This document shows, piece by piece, positions 30,009-38,601 of a stretch of DNA of 64,000 nt. The stretch lies in the NCBI GenBank assembly GCA_038214535.1, contig JBBQRS010000001.1, positions 32,620-96,619 on the forward strand, in the 5' to 3' direction. Both the position numbers and the translations under genes were made by a program. Source of the DNA: Anaerolineae bacterium. Lineage in GTDB: Bacteria; Chloroflexota; Anaerolineae; CG2-30-64-16. Positions within the stretch are counted from its first letter, which is position 1; each line of letters opens with the position of its first letter. The notes under the pieces were generated by a model. The model worked only from the letters and a program-made list of their open reading frames with translations. It had not been told where the DNA came from and made no database searches.

Positions 30009-31034
30009 CTACCACCCGCGCGCATATTGGAACGGGACGGGCGCTTGCTGACCCAATTCACGCGCGGCGCGCAACGGCCAGTAGGCATCGCGTAATGACT
30101 CGCGGGCGATCAGGACGGCGTCGGCGCGGCCCTCTCGCACAATGTCATCCGCTTGCCCCGGCTCGGTGATCAGGCCAACAGCTGCGGTGGCGATGCCCGC
30201 CTCACGCCGGATGCGCTCTGCAAAGGGGACCTGGTATCCAGGCCCGATGCGCACCTGTTGTTCGGGCGCTACGCCGCCCGATGAGCAGTCTATCAGGTCT
30301 ACGCCGGCCAGCCGCAACAGGCCGGCCAGCGCGACGCTTTGTTCGAGGTCCCATCCGCCGGGGATCCAATCGGTCGCGCTGATGCGCACGAAGAGCGGGA
30401 GATGTTCGGGCCATACGTTGCGTACTGCGTTCGTCACCTCGAGCAGCAGGCGCACCCGGTTACGGAAATCGCCGCCATAGGCGTCGGCGCGCTGGTTGCT
30501 GATAGGCGAGAGGAACTCGTGTAGCAGATAGCCGTGCGCGGCGTGAATTTCCAACGCCTGAAAACCGGCTTCGGTGGCCCGGCCGGCGGCGTCACGAAAT
30601 GCCCGCACGACCTCAGCGATGTCGTGTTGAGACATCTCTTCGGGCGCAGCCATCTGGGGCGAGAACGGGCTGGGGCTGGGGCCGATTGCGCCGGGCACAC
30701 TCGCCTTGCGCCCGGCGTGGGCAATCTGAATGGCCGGGACCGCGCCATGTTCCACGAGAAAGCGGACGATAGGCATAAAAGCTTCCGCCTGAACGTCGTT
30801 CCACAGGCCCAGGTCTTCGGCGCTGATCCGGCCGCGCGGTTCGACCGCCGTCGCTTCAACGATGATGAGCCCCGCGCCGCCCACCGCGCGGCTGCCAAGA
30901 TGTACCAAGTGCCAATCCGTGGGCGCGCCATCTTGCCGGAAGATCGAATACTGGCACATGGGTGAGATCCAGATCCGGTTGCGCGCCTCGATCTCTTTCA
31001 GGCGATAGGGGGTGAAAAGATGAGTTTCTGTCAT
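30009..31034 (-). CDS. NADH:flavin oxidoreductase / Old Yellow Enzyme (YqjM/NamA class)
   Basis: SPMCQYS, AHAGRKAS, HAAHGYLLHEFLSP and PFQYARGW. Confidence 0.92.
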   Translation of the reverse strand: MTETHLFTPYRLKEIEARNRIWISPMCQYSIFRQDGAPTDWHLVHLGSRAVGGAGLIIVEATAVEPRGRISAEDLGLWNDVQAEAFMPIVRFLVEHGAVPAIQIAHAGRKASVPGAIGPSPSPFSPQMAAPEEMSQHDIAEVVRAFRDAAGRATEAGFQALEIHAAHGYLLHEFLSPISNQRADAYGGDFRNRVRLLLEVTNAVRNVWPEHLPLFVRISATDWIPGGWDLEQSVALAGLLRLAGVDLIDCSSGGVAPEQQVRIGPGYQVPFAERIRREAGIATAAVGLITEPGQADDIVREGRADAVLIARESLRDAYWPLRAARELGQQAPVPFQYARGW

Positions 31035-31035
31035 G

Positions 31036-32766
31036 TTATAAGGTCGCGATCATGTAGTGGTCGCCGCGGCGAAAACCGAGGCGTTCGTAGTAACGTCGTG
31101 TGCCGATGGCCGAGATGACGGCGAGGCGGTCGAAGCCGGCGGCACGGGCTACGCGCCCCGCCTCGTCTGTCAGCCGCCGCCCCAGGCCGAGATGCTGGGC
31201 CTCGCCGCTGCTGGCCCCGCCGATGCCGAGCGCCGGGCCGTAGACGTGAACCTCGCGGATCATGGCCGCGCCCGCGATTTCGGGCAGCACCGTCCACACT
31301 TCGTTCGTTTCGCGGGCCGCGGCGACGTTCGGTAACGACAGGCGCAGGAAACCGGCCAGCCCGCCGTCCTCGGTGTCGAAGCTCAAGAAGTGTTCGGTCG
31401 TCGTGTCCGTGTCATAGACGTAATCGTTCAGATGCAACCCCTCTGTCGCAACCTCGGTCGCGCGCACCTCGCGGCAGCGGATGCAGCCGCACGCCCGGCC
31501 CGTCGCAGTCAGGTGCTCGACCACGAGTTGACGCAGGTTAGAGCGGGTGCTGCCTGCCACGATGTCGTCGGCGGGGATGTCGCGGAACACGCGGTTGACG
31601 CGGCAATAGGGCGGGATGATCGTCTTGCAGTCGGCCACCAACGCCACCAGTTCGTCGTCGGTGTAAGGCCGAAAGCCGCCGCTGCGCCAGATGTCATACA
31701 GCCCCGTGCCCCCGATGATGGAGCAGGGATAAATCTTTAGCTCATCAGGTCGGATCGCAGGGTCGGACCACAGGCGGGCGAAGTCTTCCCGGTCGGATGC
31801 GGGCGTCGCGCCCAGCAGGTTGGGCATCCAGTGCAGGTGGAGCTTGAAGCCCGCGGCGCGCAACAGGCGCACGGCCCGGCGCACCTGCTCCACGTCGTGG
31901 CCGCGTTGGTTCAGCGCAAGAATGTCGTCATCGAGGCTCTGTACGCCAAGCTGCACTTTAGTGACGCCCAGGCTGCGCAGATGGCGAATTTCATCCGGCG
32001 TCACCCAGTCCGGGCGCGTCTCGATGACCAGCCCCACGTTGCGGTGGGCGGCCGTTTCGTTAAGCGTCTGGGCTTCCTGCAAACTCGCCGCGGGTGTGTG
32101 ATCTTCTGTGCTGCCCTGGGCGTTCATCGCATCCAGACAGCGCCGGACGAACTCCTCGCGATACCGGCGCGAGTAGGCGCTCCACGTGCCGCCGAGGATC
32201 AGCAGTTCGACCTTCTCTGCGGTATGGCCCATTGTTTCGAAGGCGCTCAGGCGGGTGCGGACCTGAAGGTAGGGGTCGAAGCCACATTGCGCGGCGCGGC
32301 GCGCGCCCGGTTCGTTGGGCAGATAGCTCTTGGGCATCTCTTCGGCGTCGGGGCAGAAAATGCAATGTCCCGGACAACCCGCGGGTTCGGTCAACACGGT
32401 GACCGGCGCAACCCCCGAAGAGGTGCGGACGGGCTTGAGTTGCAACCGGCGCAGCATCCAGGGTTCAAACGGGATGGTCCCCTCCTCGGTGAGCTGATGA
32501 TAACCCTTGACCAACTCGATCTTCGAAAAGTAGCCGTTGCCGCCGCGCGGGTGCTGTGCTATGATCGCCATCAGGGCGTCCTGGTTCCACGCGTCGTCGG
32601 CCCGCACGGCCTCGAAGATCGCCATTAGTGATTCCCGATGATCCTGGGCGTCGAAGCCGACGCCGCGCGGCCGCCACGGCTTGCCCGGCGCGGATTCGAT
32701 CTTCACGGCATCGTTTGTGTCGGGATTCGTATATTCGTTGTTCCCGGTTACAGGGTTAACTTCCAT
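31036..32766 (-). CDS. elp3: Elp3-family tRNA uridine(34) carboxymethyltransferase (radical SAM plus acetyl-CoA-binding KAT domain)
   Basis: KPVRTSSGVAPV, CPGHCIFC (CxxxCxxC), PKSYLPNEPG, ETRPD, KIYP, CIRCRE, REVHVYG and QHLGLG. Confidence 0.93.
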   Translation of the reverse strand: MEVNPVTGNNEYTNPDTNDAVKIESAPGKPWRPRGVGFDAQDHRESLMAIFEAVRADDAWNQDALMAIIAQHPRGGNGYFSKIELVKGYHQLTEEGTIPFEPWMLRRLQLKPVRTSSGVAPVTVLTEPAGCPGHCIFCPDAEEMPKSYLPNEPGARRAAQCGFDPYLQVRTRLSAFETMGHTAEKVELLILGGTWSAYSRRYREEFVRRCLDAMNAQGSTEDHTPAASLQEAQTLNETAAHRNVGLVIETRPDWVTPDEIRHLRSLGVTKVQLGVQSLDDDILALNQRGHDVEQVRRAVRLLRAAGFKLHLHWMPNLLGATPASDREDFARLWSDPAIRPDELKIYPCSIIGGTGLYDIWRSGGFRPYTDDELVALVADCKTIIPPYCRVNRVFRDIPADDIVAGSTRSNLRQLVVEHLTATGRACGCIRCREVRATEVATEGLHLNDYVYDTDTTTEHFLSFDTEDGGLAGFLRLSLPNVAAARETNEVWTVLPEIAGAAMIREVHVYGPALGIGGASSGEAQHLGLGRRLTDEAGRVARAAGFDRLAVISAIGTRRYYERLGFRRGDHYMIATL

Positions 32767-33496
32767 GGATCAAACCACCTGCACGGCGCTCGCACAGCTC
32801 AACCGTGCGTTTTATGAAGACTTCGCGGAAGATTTCGCCGATACCCGGCGCGGCTGGCTTCCCGGCTTCAATCTCATTTTACCGCACATTGAAGCGGCGG
32901 CCAACGTCCTCGACCTGGGTTGCGGCAACGGTCGTTTTCTGAGCTTCCTGGCGGAGCGTGGCTGGCGGGGCGTCTATACCGGCGTGGATCAGGGCGAAAG
33001 GCTGCTGCATATCGCCGCTTCCGCCGCCGCAGCGCTGCCTTCCGGCATCGAAGCCCGGTTCGTGCGGGCCGATCTGTTGCGCCCGGACTGGTTGGCTGCG
33101 TCCGGGCTGTCAACCGCCGATGCCGTGGTCTCTCTGGCCGTGTTGCACCACATCCCCGGCCGTGAGAATCGCGCGCGCTTCCTGGCGCAGTGTCGTGCTC
33201 TCACGACGCCTGATGGCGTCGTCATCCTTTCGACGTGGCAATTCCTCGAATCACCCCGTTTGAGGGCGCATATCCTGCCGTGGCGCGCTGCGGGCTTCAC
33301 GGATGCGCAGGTCGAGCCGGACGATTATCTGCTGGGATGGGGACAGGGCAACGCCGGCCGGCGCTATTGCGCCTGGATCGGGCGTGAGGCGTTGGATGAA
33401 CTGGCCGCAGAGGCCGGCTTGCGTCCCGTGGCGCACCACACGGGCGATGGTCGCGAAGGAAATCTCAACCTGTACGGGGTGTATGCTCCGGTGTGA
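32765..33496 (+). CDS. Class I SAM-dependent methyltransferase, Trm9/ALKBH8-MTase-like
   Basis: FY..FA..F..TR, LDLGCGNG, SLAVLHH, STW, DYLLGW, RRY and a C-terminal N; start set at ATG 32765. Confidence 0.8.
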   Translation: MDQTTCTALAQLNRAFYEDFAEDFADTRRGWLPGFNLILPHIEAAANVLDLGCGNGRFLSFLAERGWRGVYTGVDQGERLLHIAASAAAALPSGIEARFVRADLLRPDWLAASGLSTADAVVSLAVLHHIPGRENRARFLAQCRALTTPDGVVILSTWQFLESPRLRAHILPWRAAGFTDAQVEPDDYLLGWGQGNAGRRYCAWIGREALDELAAEAGLRPVAHHTGDGREGNLNLYGVYAPV

Positions 33497-33507
33497 GGAA
33501 TCTGCCG

Positions 33508-34632
33508 TCAACGCCACGCGAAATGATGCTGCGCGCTGACCGGGCTGGACGCATCGCCGGGATTATCTTCGCCGCCCTGGCGCACCTGCACCTGCCACGT
33601 GAACTCGGTGGGCGCCTGGCTCTCCACGCGGTACTCCGCCGGCAACCGCCATGAAGTCGTTTTGGTCCAATAGGGCGGGATGGTCTGGTCCACTTCCACG
33701 GCTTTGACCGTCACCACGTACCATTCGTCTGCCGCCAACGAGCCGGTTGCGGCCCACGTGAGCAACACCGCGTTGTTGCCGATGAGGATGGCCCCGTCAG
33801 CGGGCGCAAGCAGGGTTGGCGCGGGCAGTCGCGGCCCGACTGTCGGTTCGGGCGTCGGCGTGTTTTCCGGCGTGGGGATGGGCGCCGGCGTGCTGGCGCT
33901 GAGCGGGACCAGCAGGGGACGCCCGATGTGCAACACCTCGCCCGGCTTGATGTTGTTGGCTTCCATGATCCAGTTCATCTGCGAACTGTAGCGCACAGCG
34001 ATGGACGAGATGGTGTCGCCGGACTGCACCACGTACATCAGCGCGCCCCCCTCCGCAGTGGCTGTAGGGCCGGGGCCGCCGCTGGGGCCGGCGATGGGAA
34101 TCAACAACTCTTGTCCGATGCGCAGGAGGCCGTTGGCCTTCATACTGTTGGCGTCTGCAATATCTTTGACGCTCGTGTTGTAGGCCGCGGCAATGGCGAT
34201 CAGGGTGTCGCCCGGTTTGACGGTGTGCTTGACCGGCTCGGAAGGCGCGGTGGGGGTGGGCGTCTCGGCGGCCGGCCGGGTGGCCGATGGGCGTGGCGTG
34301 GTCGTCGGTGTCGCAGTATAGACGGTTGTTTCGTTTACCGGCTCACCGGTGGCCGTGGCCGCCACGCGTGTGGCGCTCTGGCTGACCAGAGAGATGCGCT
34401 GCCCATTCGGCGCTTCGGGGGCGCGTGTCCACCAGAGCGCGATCAAGCCGCCAATCACCGAGAAGAGGATAATATCGGCCCAGGGTATCGCGAAGCGGCG
34501 GCGCTTCGGCGTGATTTGCAGCGAAGCCCCGCAATTGAAGCAGGTAGATGCTCGTTGAGCGACCCGCGTGCCGCAGTGCTGACAGAGGCGCTCACGACCA
34601 TATGCCGATCGAGGTGCATCGGGAGAATTCAT
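33508..34632 (-). CDS. Membrane-anchored protein: zinc ribbon, TM helix, two LysM domains and a C-terminal beta domain
   Basis: CQHC...CFNC; TM helix; HTVKPGDTLIAIA and YVVQSGDTISSIA LysM repeats. Confidence 0.85.
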   Translation of the reverse strand: MNSPDAPRSAYGRERLCQHCGTRVAQRASTCFNCGASLQITPKRRRFAIPWADIILFSVIGGLIALWWTRAPEAPNGQRISLVSQSATRVAATATGEPVNETTVYTATPTTTPRPSATRPAAETPTPTAPSEPVKHTVKPGDTLIAIAAAYNTSVKDIADANSMKANGLLRIGQELLIPIAGPSGGPGPTATAEGGALMYVVQSGDTISSIAVRYSSQMNWIMEANNIKPGEVLHIGRPLLVPLSASTPAPIPTPENTPTPEPTVGPRLPAPTLLAPADGAILIGNNAVLLTWAATGSLAADEWYVVTVKAVEVDQTIPPYWTKTTSWRLPAEYRVESQAPTEFTWQVQVRQGGEDNPGDASSPVSAQHHFAWR

Positions 34633-34700
34633 AGGTTCCGGTCATTATAGCGTTTGTGGCGGGCATCCGCAAATCTCGCAAGGGTAGGAACGTCTTGCCC

Positions 34701-36449
34701 CTACTTGTGCGCGGCGAGGCGCGGGCCGGCAAACCACAGCGCGCCGATGAGCGCCAACGTTGCCAGCGAGATGATCTGGCCGACCCTGCGCAGCGGGGTT
34801 GACCCGAAGCGCACGGCGACCTCATGTTCGCCCGGCGGCAGCGCGAGTGAGATCAGCCCGTTGGGCGGTTCGGGCGTGATCTCCGCGGGCTGCCCGCCTA
34901 CCGTGGCGCGCCAGCCGGGGAAGAAGTAGGTGTAGAACCGCAGGGTCAGGTCGGAATCGGCGCGCACCCGCGCGGTCGCGGAAAGCGCGGTGGCGCTTTG
35001 TGCCAGGATTTCGCCTTCTCCCGCGGCGATGGCGGCGCGTTGCAACGGTTGCCCCGCCTCGTATTGCGCGAGCAGCGGCGAGTCCGCATTCTCCGGTGGG
35101 CGCGCCGACCAGCGGGTCATCCCGCGCATATCGGGGTATTTTGCCTCGAAGTCGAGGACGGCGAGCGGCGACGCGTCGCGCGGCTGCACGGGCAGCAGTT
35201 CGGGCTGCGTGAAGGCGAAGCTGCCCAGCACGATGGCGAACGCAAAGACGTAGGCGAACGCGTCGGGTGATCCCGCCGCGCCGCCGCGCCGATCGAGCCA
35301 GGACGCCCCCGCGCCGGCAAGGAGCGCCAGCGTCACGGCCACCGGCGCGAGCAGCCGCCAGGGAAATTGCACGAGGCTGACGAGCGGCAGGATATCCCAG
35401 AGCGGCTTGGCAGCCGGGGTCATGGCGAAGAGGGCGACCGCGGCGGCGAGCGCCAGGAAGAGCGCCTCGGCGCGGTGCGCGGTCAGGCCGTCTGGCCTGC
35501 GCAGCACCGCCAGGATGCCGATCATCGCCCCCAGGAAGCCCAGCAGGCCAAGCTGGAAGCTCATGGCATCGTTCACGCCCGCGACGGAATAGCCGTAGCC
35601 CCAGGCCGGATCGAAAAACTGCGCCGGATAGACGAAGTGCTGACGATAGTCGTAGGTTGCATTGACCCATTGCGACTGGACGATCTCGTTCCGTTCGGCC
35701 AGCATGGGCAGCAGGAAGACCGCGGCCAGCATCCCGCCCAGGATCAGCGCAACCGCGGACCACCCCACGGCGGCGCGCAATAACGATGAACCGTCTACAC
35801 GGTCGCGCCGCCACGTCTGGATCGTCTTGAGCAACAGGTAGCCGCCAATCAGCGGGGCGAACGTCAGCATGGAAACCGTGTGGCTGAGGAGCAGCAGGCC
35901 GAGCGCTACCGCGGCGGCGGCCGCTCGGCGCGCGTTGGGCGCATCCCACAGGGCGACGAAGGCCAGGATGACCCAGGGCAGCCAGGCGAGCGCGGCGAAC
36001 TCGGCCAGCGCGCCGCGCACGTAAATCTGGACGAGGTGATAGGGTGCATAGGTGAAGGCGACCGACGCGACCAGCGCCGCCGTCACGCCCCACCAGCGCC
36101 GCGCCAGCCGATACATGCCCAGCGCCCCGATGATGAAACCCAGCGCCCACGTCGCCTTGATCGCCGCGGCGTAGTCCAAGCCGATCAGGTGGAAGCCCTC
36201 GGCGACGAAATAGGCCAGCGGGGCGTAGATCAGCCAGAGCGGATAGCCGAAACCGAGGGCGTGATCCGCGCCCCAGACGGGCCAAAACGCGCCGTCGCGC
36301 AGGGTCTGATCGAACTCGACGAGGAAGAAGATGCTGTGGCGTGCATCATGTGCTTGCAGGAAATAGCCGGGCGCGGCTAACGGTAGGAGCGCGGGGATCA
36401 CCAGCAGGAGCGCCAGCCACATCGTCCGGTTGCGGATCTTTTCGCTCAT
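34701..36449 (-). CDS. Polytopic membrane protein, PTPS-related/GT-C glycosyltransferase-like (paralogue 1)
   Basis: HDARH...WPVW...GFGYP, APYHL..IYVRGALAE, QFPWR and YFPGW. Confidence 0.75.
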   Translation of the reverse strand: MSEKIRNRTMWLALLLVIPALLPLAAPGYFLQAHDARHSIFFLVEFDQTLRDGAFWPVWGADHALGFGYPLWLIYAPLAYFVAEGFHLIGLDYAAAIKATWALGFIIGALGMYRLARRWWGVTAALVASVAFTYAPYHLVQIYVRGALAEFAALAWLPWVILAFVALWDAPNARRAAAAAVALGLLLLSHTVSMLTFAPLIGGYLLLKTIQTWRRDRVDGSSLLRAAVGWSAVALILGGMLAAVFLLPMLAERNEIVQSQWVNATYDYRQHFVYPAQFFDPAWGYGYSVAGVNDAMSFQLGLLGFLGAMIGILAVLRRPDGLTAHRAEALFLALAAAVALFAMTPAAKPLWDILPLVSLVQFPWRLLAPVAVTLALLAGAGASWLDRRGGAAGSPDAFAYVFAFAIVLGSFAFTQPELLPVQPRDASPLAVLDFEAKYPDMRGMTRWSARPPENADSPLLAQYEAGQPLQRAAIAAGEGEILAQSATALSATARVRADSDLTLRFYTYFFPGWRATVGGQPAEITPEPPNGLISLALPPGEHEVAVRFGSTPLRRVGQIISLATLALIGALWFAGPRLAAHK

Positions 36450-36476
36450 AGGTGGGATGAAGGACGATTCAGGCGC

Positions 36477-37037
36477 TTACTCTTTGCCGATGAGCTGTGC
36501 GCCCGCGGGTTCATCTTTGCCCGGGGCAAGGATCACGCCGCCGCCGGCCGCGCCGGTGGAGATTTCCGGGAGGTCCGCGGGTAATGCCTGTTTGAGCCTC
36601 CCGAGATAGTCGCTCAGGGTCTGCGCTTCGAGCAGGGTCAGGCCGTAGCGTTCGGCGTGTTGCATCAGGAAGCGGCTGACATCGAGCAGGAAAGCGCGCC
36701 GCAACTGTTGCAGATCGAGGACGCGTGTCCAGTCCAGCATCGCGTTCTCCTGGAGAAACGCGTGCGCGGCGGGGGTGCGCATCGCGGCCATGCGATACGC
36801 CAGCACCGGCTTCTCGGTGCGCATGGCCCACCACAACTCCAGCCCCACGGGCGCCCAGATATCCGGCCCAAGCAGCACGGCGAAAAGGTGCGCTTCGGCG
36901 ACCGAGGCCACGTCGGGGGTGCGCTTGATGAGCCAGCCGATGTTGACCGGCAGCTCGGCCAACGCCCGACCCAGTAGCTCGCGCGCCGGCTCCTGATCGG
37001 GGCCTGCGCTGATGAAGAGGCGCACACGTGTCGCCAT
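36477..37037 (-). CDS. DUF4062-like (TIR/NDT-like fold) small protein
   Basis: RLFISA..D....R and VGLE...A....KP pattern. Confidence 0.55.
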   Translation of the reverse strand: MATRVRLFISAGPDQEPARELLGRALAELPVNIGWLIKRTPDVASVAEAHLFAVLLGPDIWAPVGLELWWAMRTEKPVLAYRMAAMRTPAAHAFLQENAMLDWTRVLDLQQLRRAFLLDVSRFLMQHAERYGLTLLEAQTLSDYLGRLKQALPADLPEISTGAAGGGVILAPGKDEPAGAQLIGKE

Positions 37038-37140
37038 GACGGGTGTTTCCTTTCCTATCGTGTCGGTGAATCCACAATACTACCGGTGATTCTACCACAA
37101 GCCATCGCGTCTGGCCCATGTCATTCCGAATGCCGGATCG

Positions 37141-37209
37141 TGTCATGCTGAATGGAGTGAAGCATCTCGGTATCATGTCGCGAGATGCTTCACTGCGTTC
37201 AGCATGACA
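37141..37209. repeat. REP-like family D (TGTCATnCTGA...TCAGnnTGACA)
   Basis: Long imperfect palindrome; related copy at 62167-62279. Confidence 0.7.
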
Positions 37210-37289
37210 TCAGGCTTGCTCAGGCTGCGTGAAGGGAGTAAGATGAAGCGCATTGTAACCCGCCAACCCGCTCATCAGGAGCCTACTTC

Positions 37290-38588
37290 GTGACTTCTAA
37301 AGATCTCTCGGCCCTTCGTTTGCAATTTCCTGCCCTGACCACCACCGTAGACGCGGGGCGGCCTGCCGTCTATCTTGACGGCCCCGGCGGCACGCAGGTT
37401 CCGCAACGGGTGATTGACGCCATCGGCCATTACCTGGCGACGTGCAACGCCAACACGCACGGCGCGTTTCGTACCAGCCACGAGAGCGACCGGATCATCG
37501 CCGCGGCGCACGAGGCGATGGCGGATTTCTTCAACGCCCCCTCGGCGCAGGAGATCGTCTTCGGCCCGAACATGACCTCGTTGACGTTCCAGTTCAGCCG
37601 GGCCATCGGGCGACAGTTGGAAGCGGGCGACGAGGTGCTCATCACGCGCCTCGATCATGACGCGAACCGCGCGCCGTGGCTGGCGCTGAGGGAGCGCGGC
37701 GTGATTGTCAAGGAGGTGGATTTCGACCTCGCCGATTGCACGCTGCGGGTTGAGGCGGGCAGCAGCCCGACGGGCGAGGCGCTGGCCGATCTGTTGTCGG
37801 CGCGCACGCGGCTGGTGGCGGTGGGCTACGCCTCGAACGCCGTCGGCACGGTGAACCCGATCGCGCGCATCGTCGAGCTGGCGCACGCCGCGGGCGCGCT
37901 GGTGTGGGTGGACGCCGTGCATTACGCGCCGCACGGCCCCATTGACGTGCAGGCGCTCGGTTGCGACTATCTGGTCTGCTCGCCGTACAAGTTCTTCGGC
38001 CCGCACGCCGGCGTCGTCTGGGGTCGTTACGATCTGCTCGACGCGCTGCGCGCCTACAAGGTGCGCCCCGCGGGCGATCAACCGCCCGACAAGTTCGAGA
38101 CGGGCACGCAGAACCACGAGGCACAGGCGGGCGTTCTGGCGGCCATCGAGTATCTGGCGGAGCTCGGCCAAAAGTACGGCGATGAGGCGGTGTCCGGCGG
38201 CCTGACCGGGCGACGACTCGAACTGCGGCGCGCGATGTGCGCGATCCAGGCGTATGAGCGGCCCCTGTTCGAACATTTCGCGCGCGGGCTGGAGGCCATC
38301 CCCGGCGTGACCTTGTACGGGATCAAGCCGTCGCAACCGGTGGCGCAGCGCGCCCCCACCGCGGCATTCCGGCTAGAGGGGCATTCCCCCGATGCGGTGG
38401 CCGAGGCCCTCGCCGCGCACGGCATCTACGTCTGGTCGGGCAACTTTTACGCCGTGGCCGTGACGGAGCGGCTGGGGCTGGAGGAGATGGGCGGGGTGGT
38501 GCGGGCCGGGCTGGCCCACTACAACACACGCGAAGAGGTGGACTATTGCCTCTCTGTGTTGCGGGGTCTGACCGGGCAGGCAGGTTGA
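37290..38588 (+). CDS. Class V PLP enzyme, cysteine desulfurase-like (VC1184-type) lacking the canonical catalytic Cys
   Basis: YLDGPGGTQVP, DHDAN, DAVHYAPH and SPYKFFGPH; has SGNFYA where SufS has RxGHHCA. Confidence 0.85.
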   Translation: MTSKDLSALRLQFPALTTTVDAGRPAVYLDGPGGTQVPQRVIDAIGHYLATCNANTHGAFRTSHESDRIIAAAHEAMADFFNAPSAQEIVFGPNMTSLTFQFSRAIGRQLEAGDEVLITRLDHDANRAPWLALRERGVIVKEVDFDLADCTLRVEAGSSPTGEALADLLSARTRLVAVGYASNAVGTVNPIARIVELAHAAGALVWVDAVHYAPHGPIDVQALGCDYLVCSPYKFFGPHAGVVWGRYDLLDALRAYKVRPAGDQPPDKFETGTQNHEAQAGVLAAIEYLAELGQKYGDEAVSGGLTGRRLELRRAMCAIQAYERPLFEHFARGLEAIPGVTLYGIKPSQPVAQRAPTAAFRLEGHSPDAVAEALAAHGIYVWSGNFYAVAVTERLGLEEMGGVVRAGLAHYNTREEVDYCLSVLRGLTGQAG

Positions 38589-38601
38589 GTTCATCCACAG
38601 C

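Noticed and set aside
37290-38588. SufS/IscS cysteine desulfurase feeding tRNA thiolation with Elp3
   Set aside because: Lacks the catalytic Cys loop and belongs to the uncharacterised VC1184-like group.
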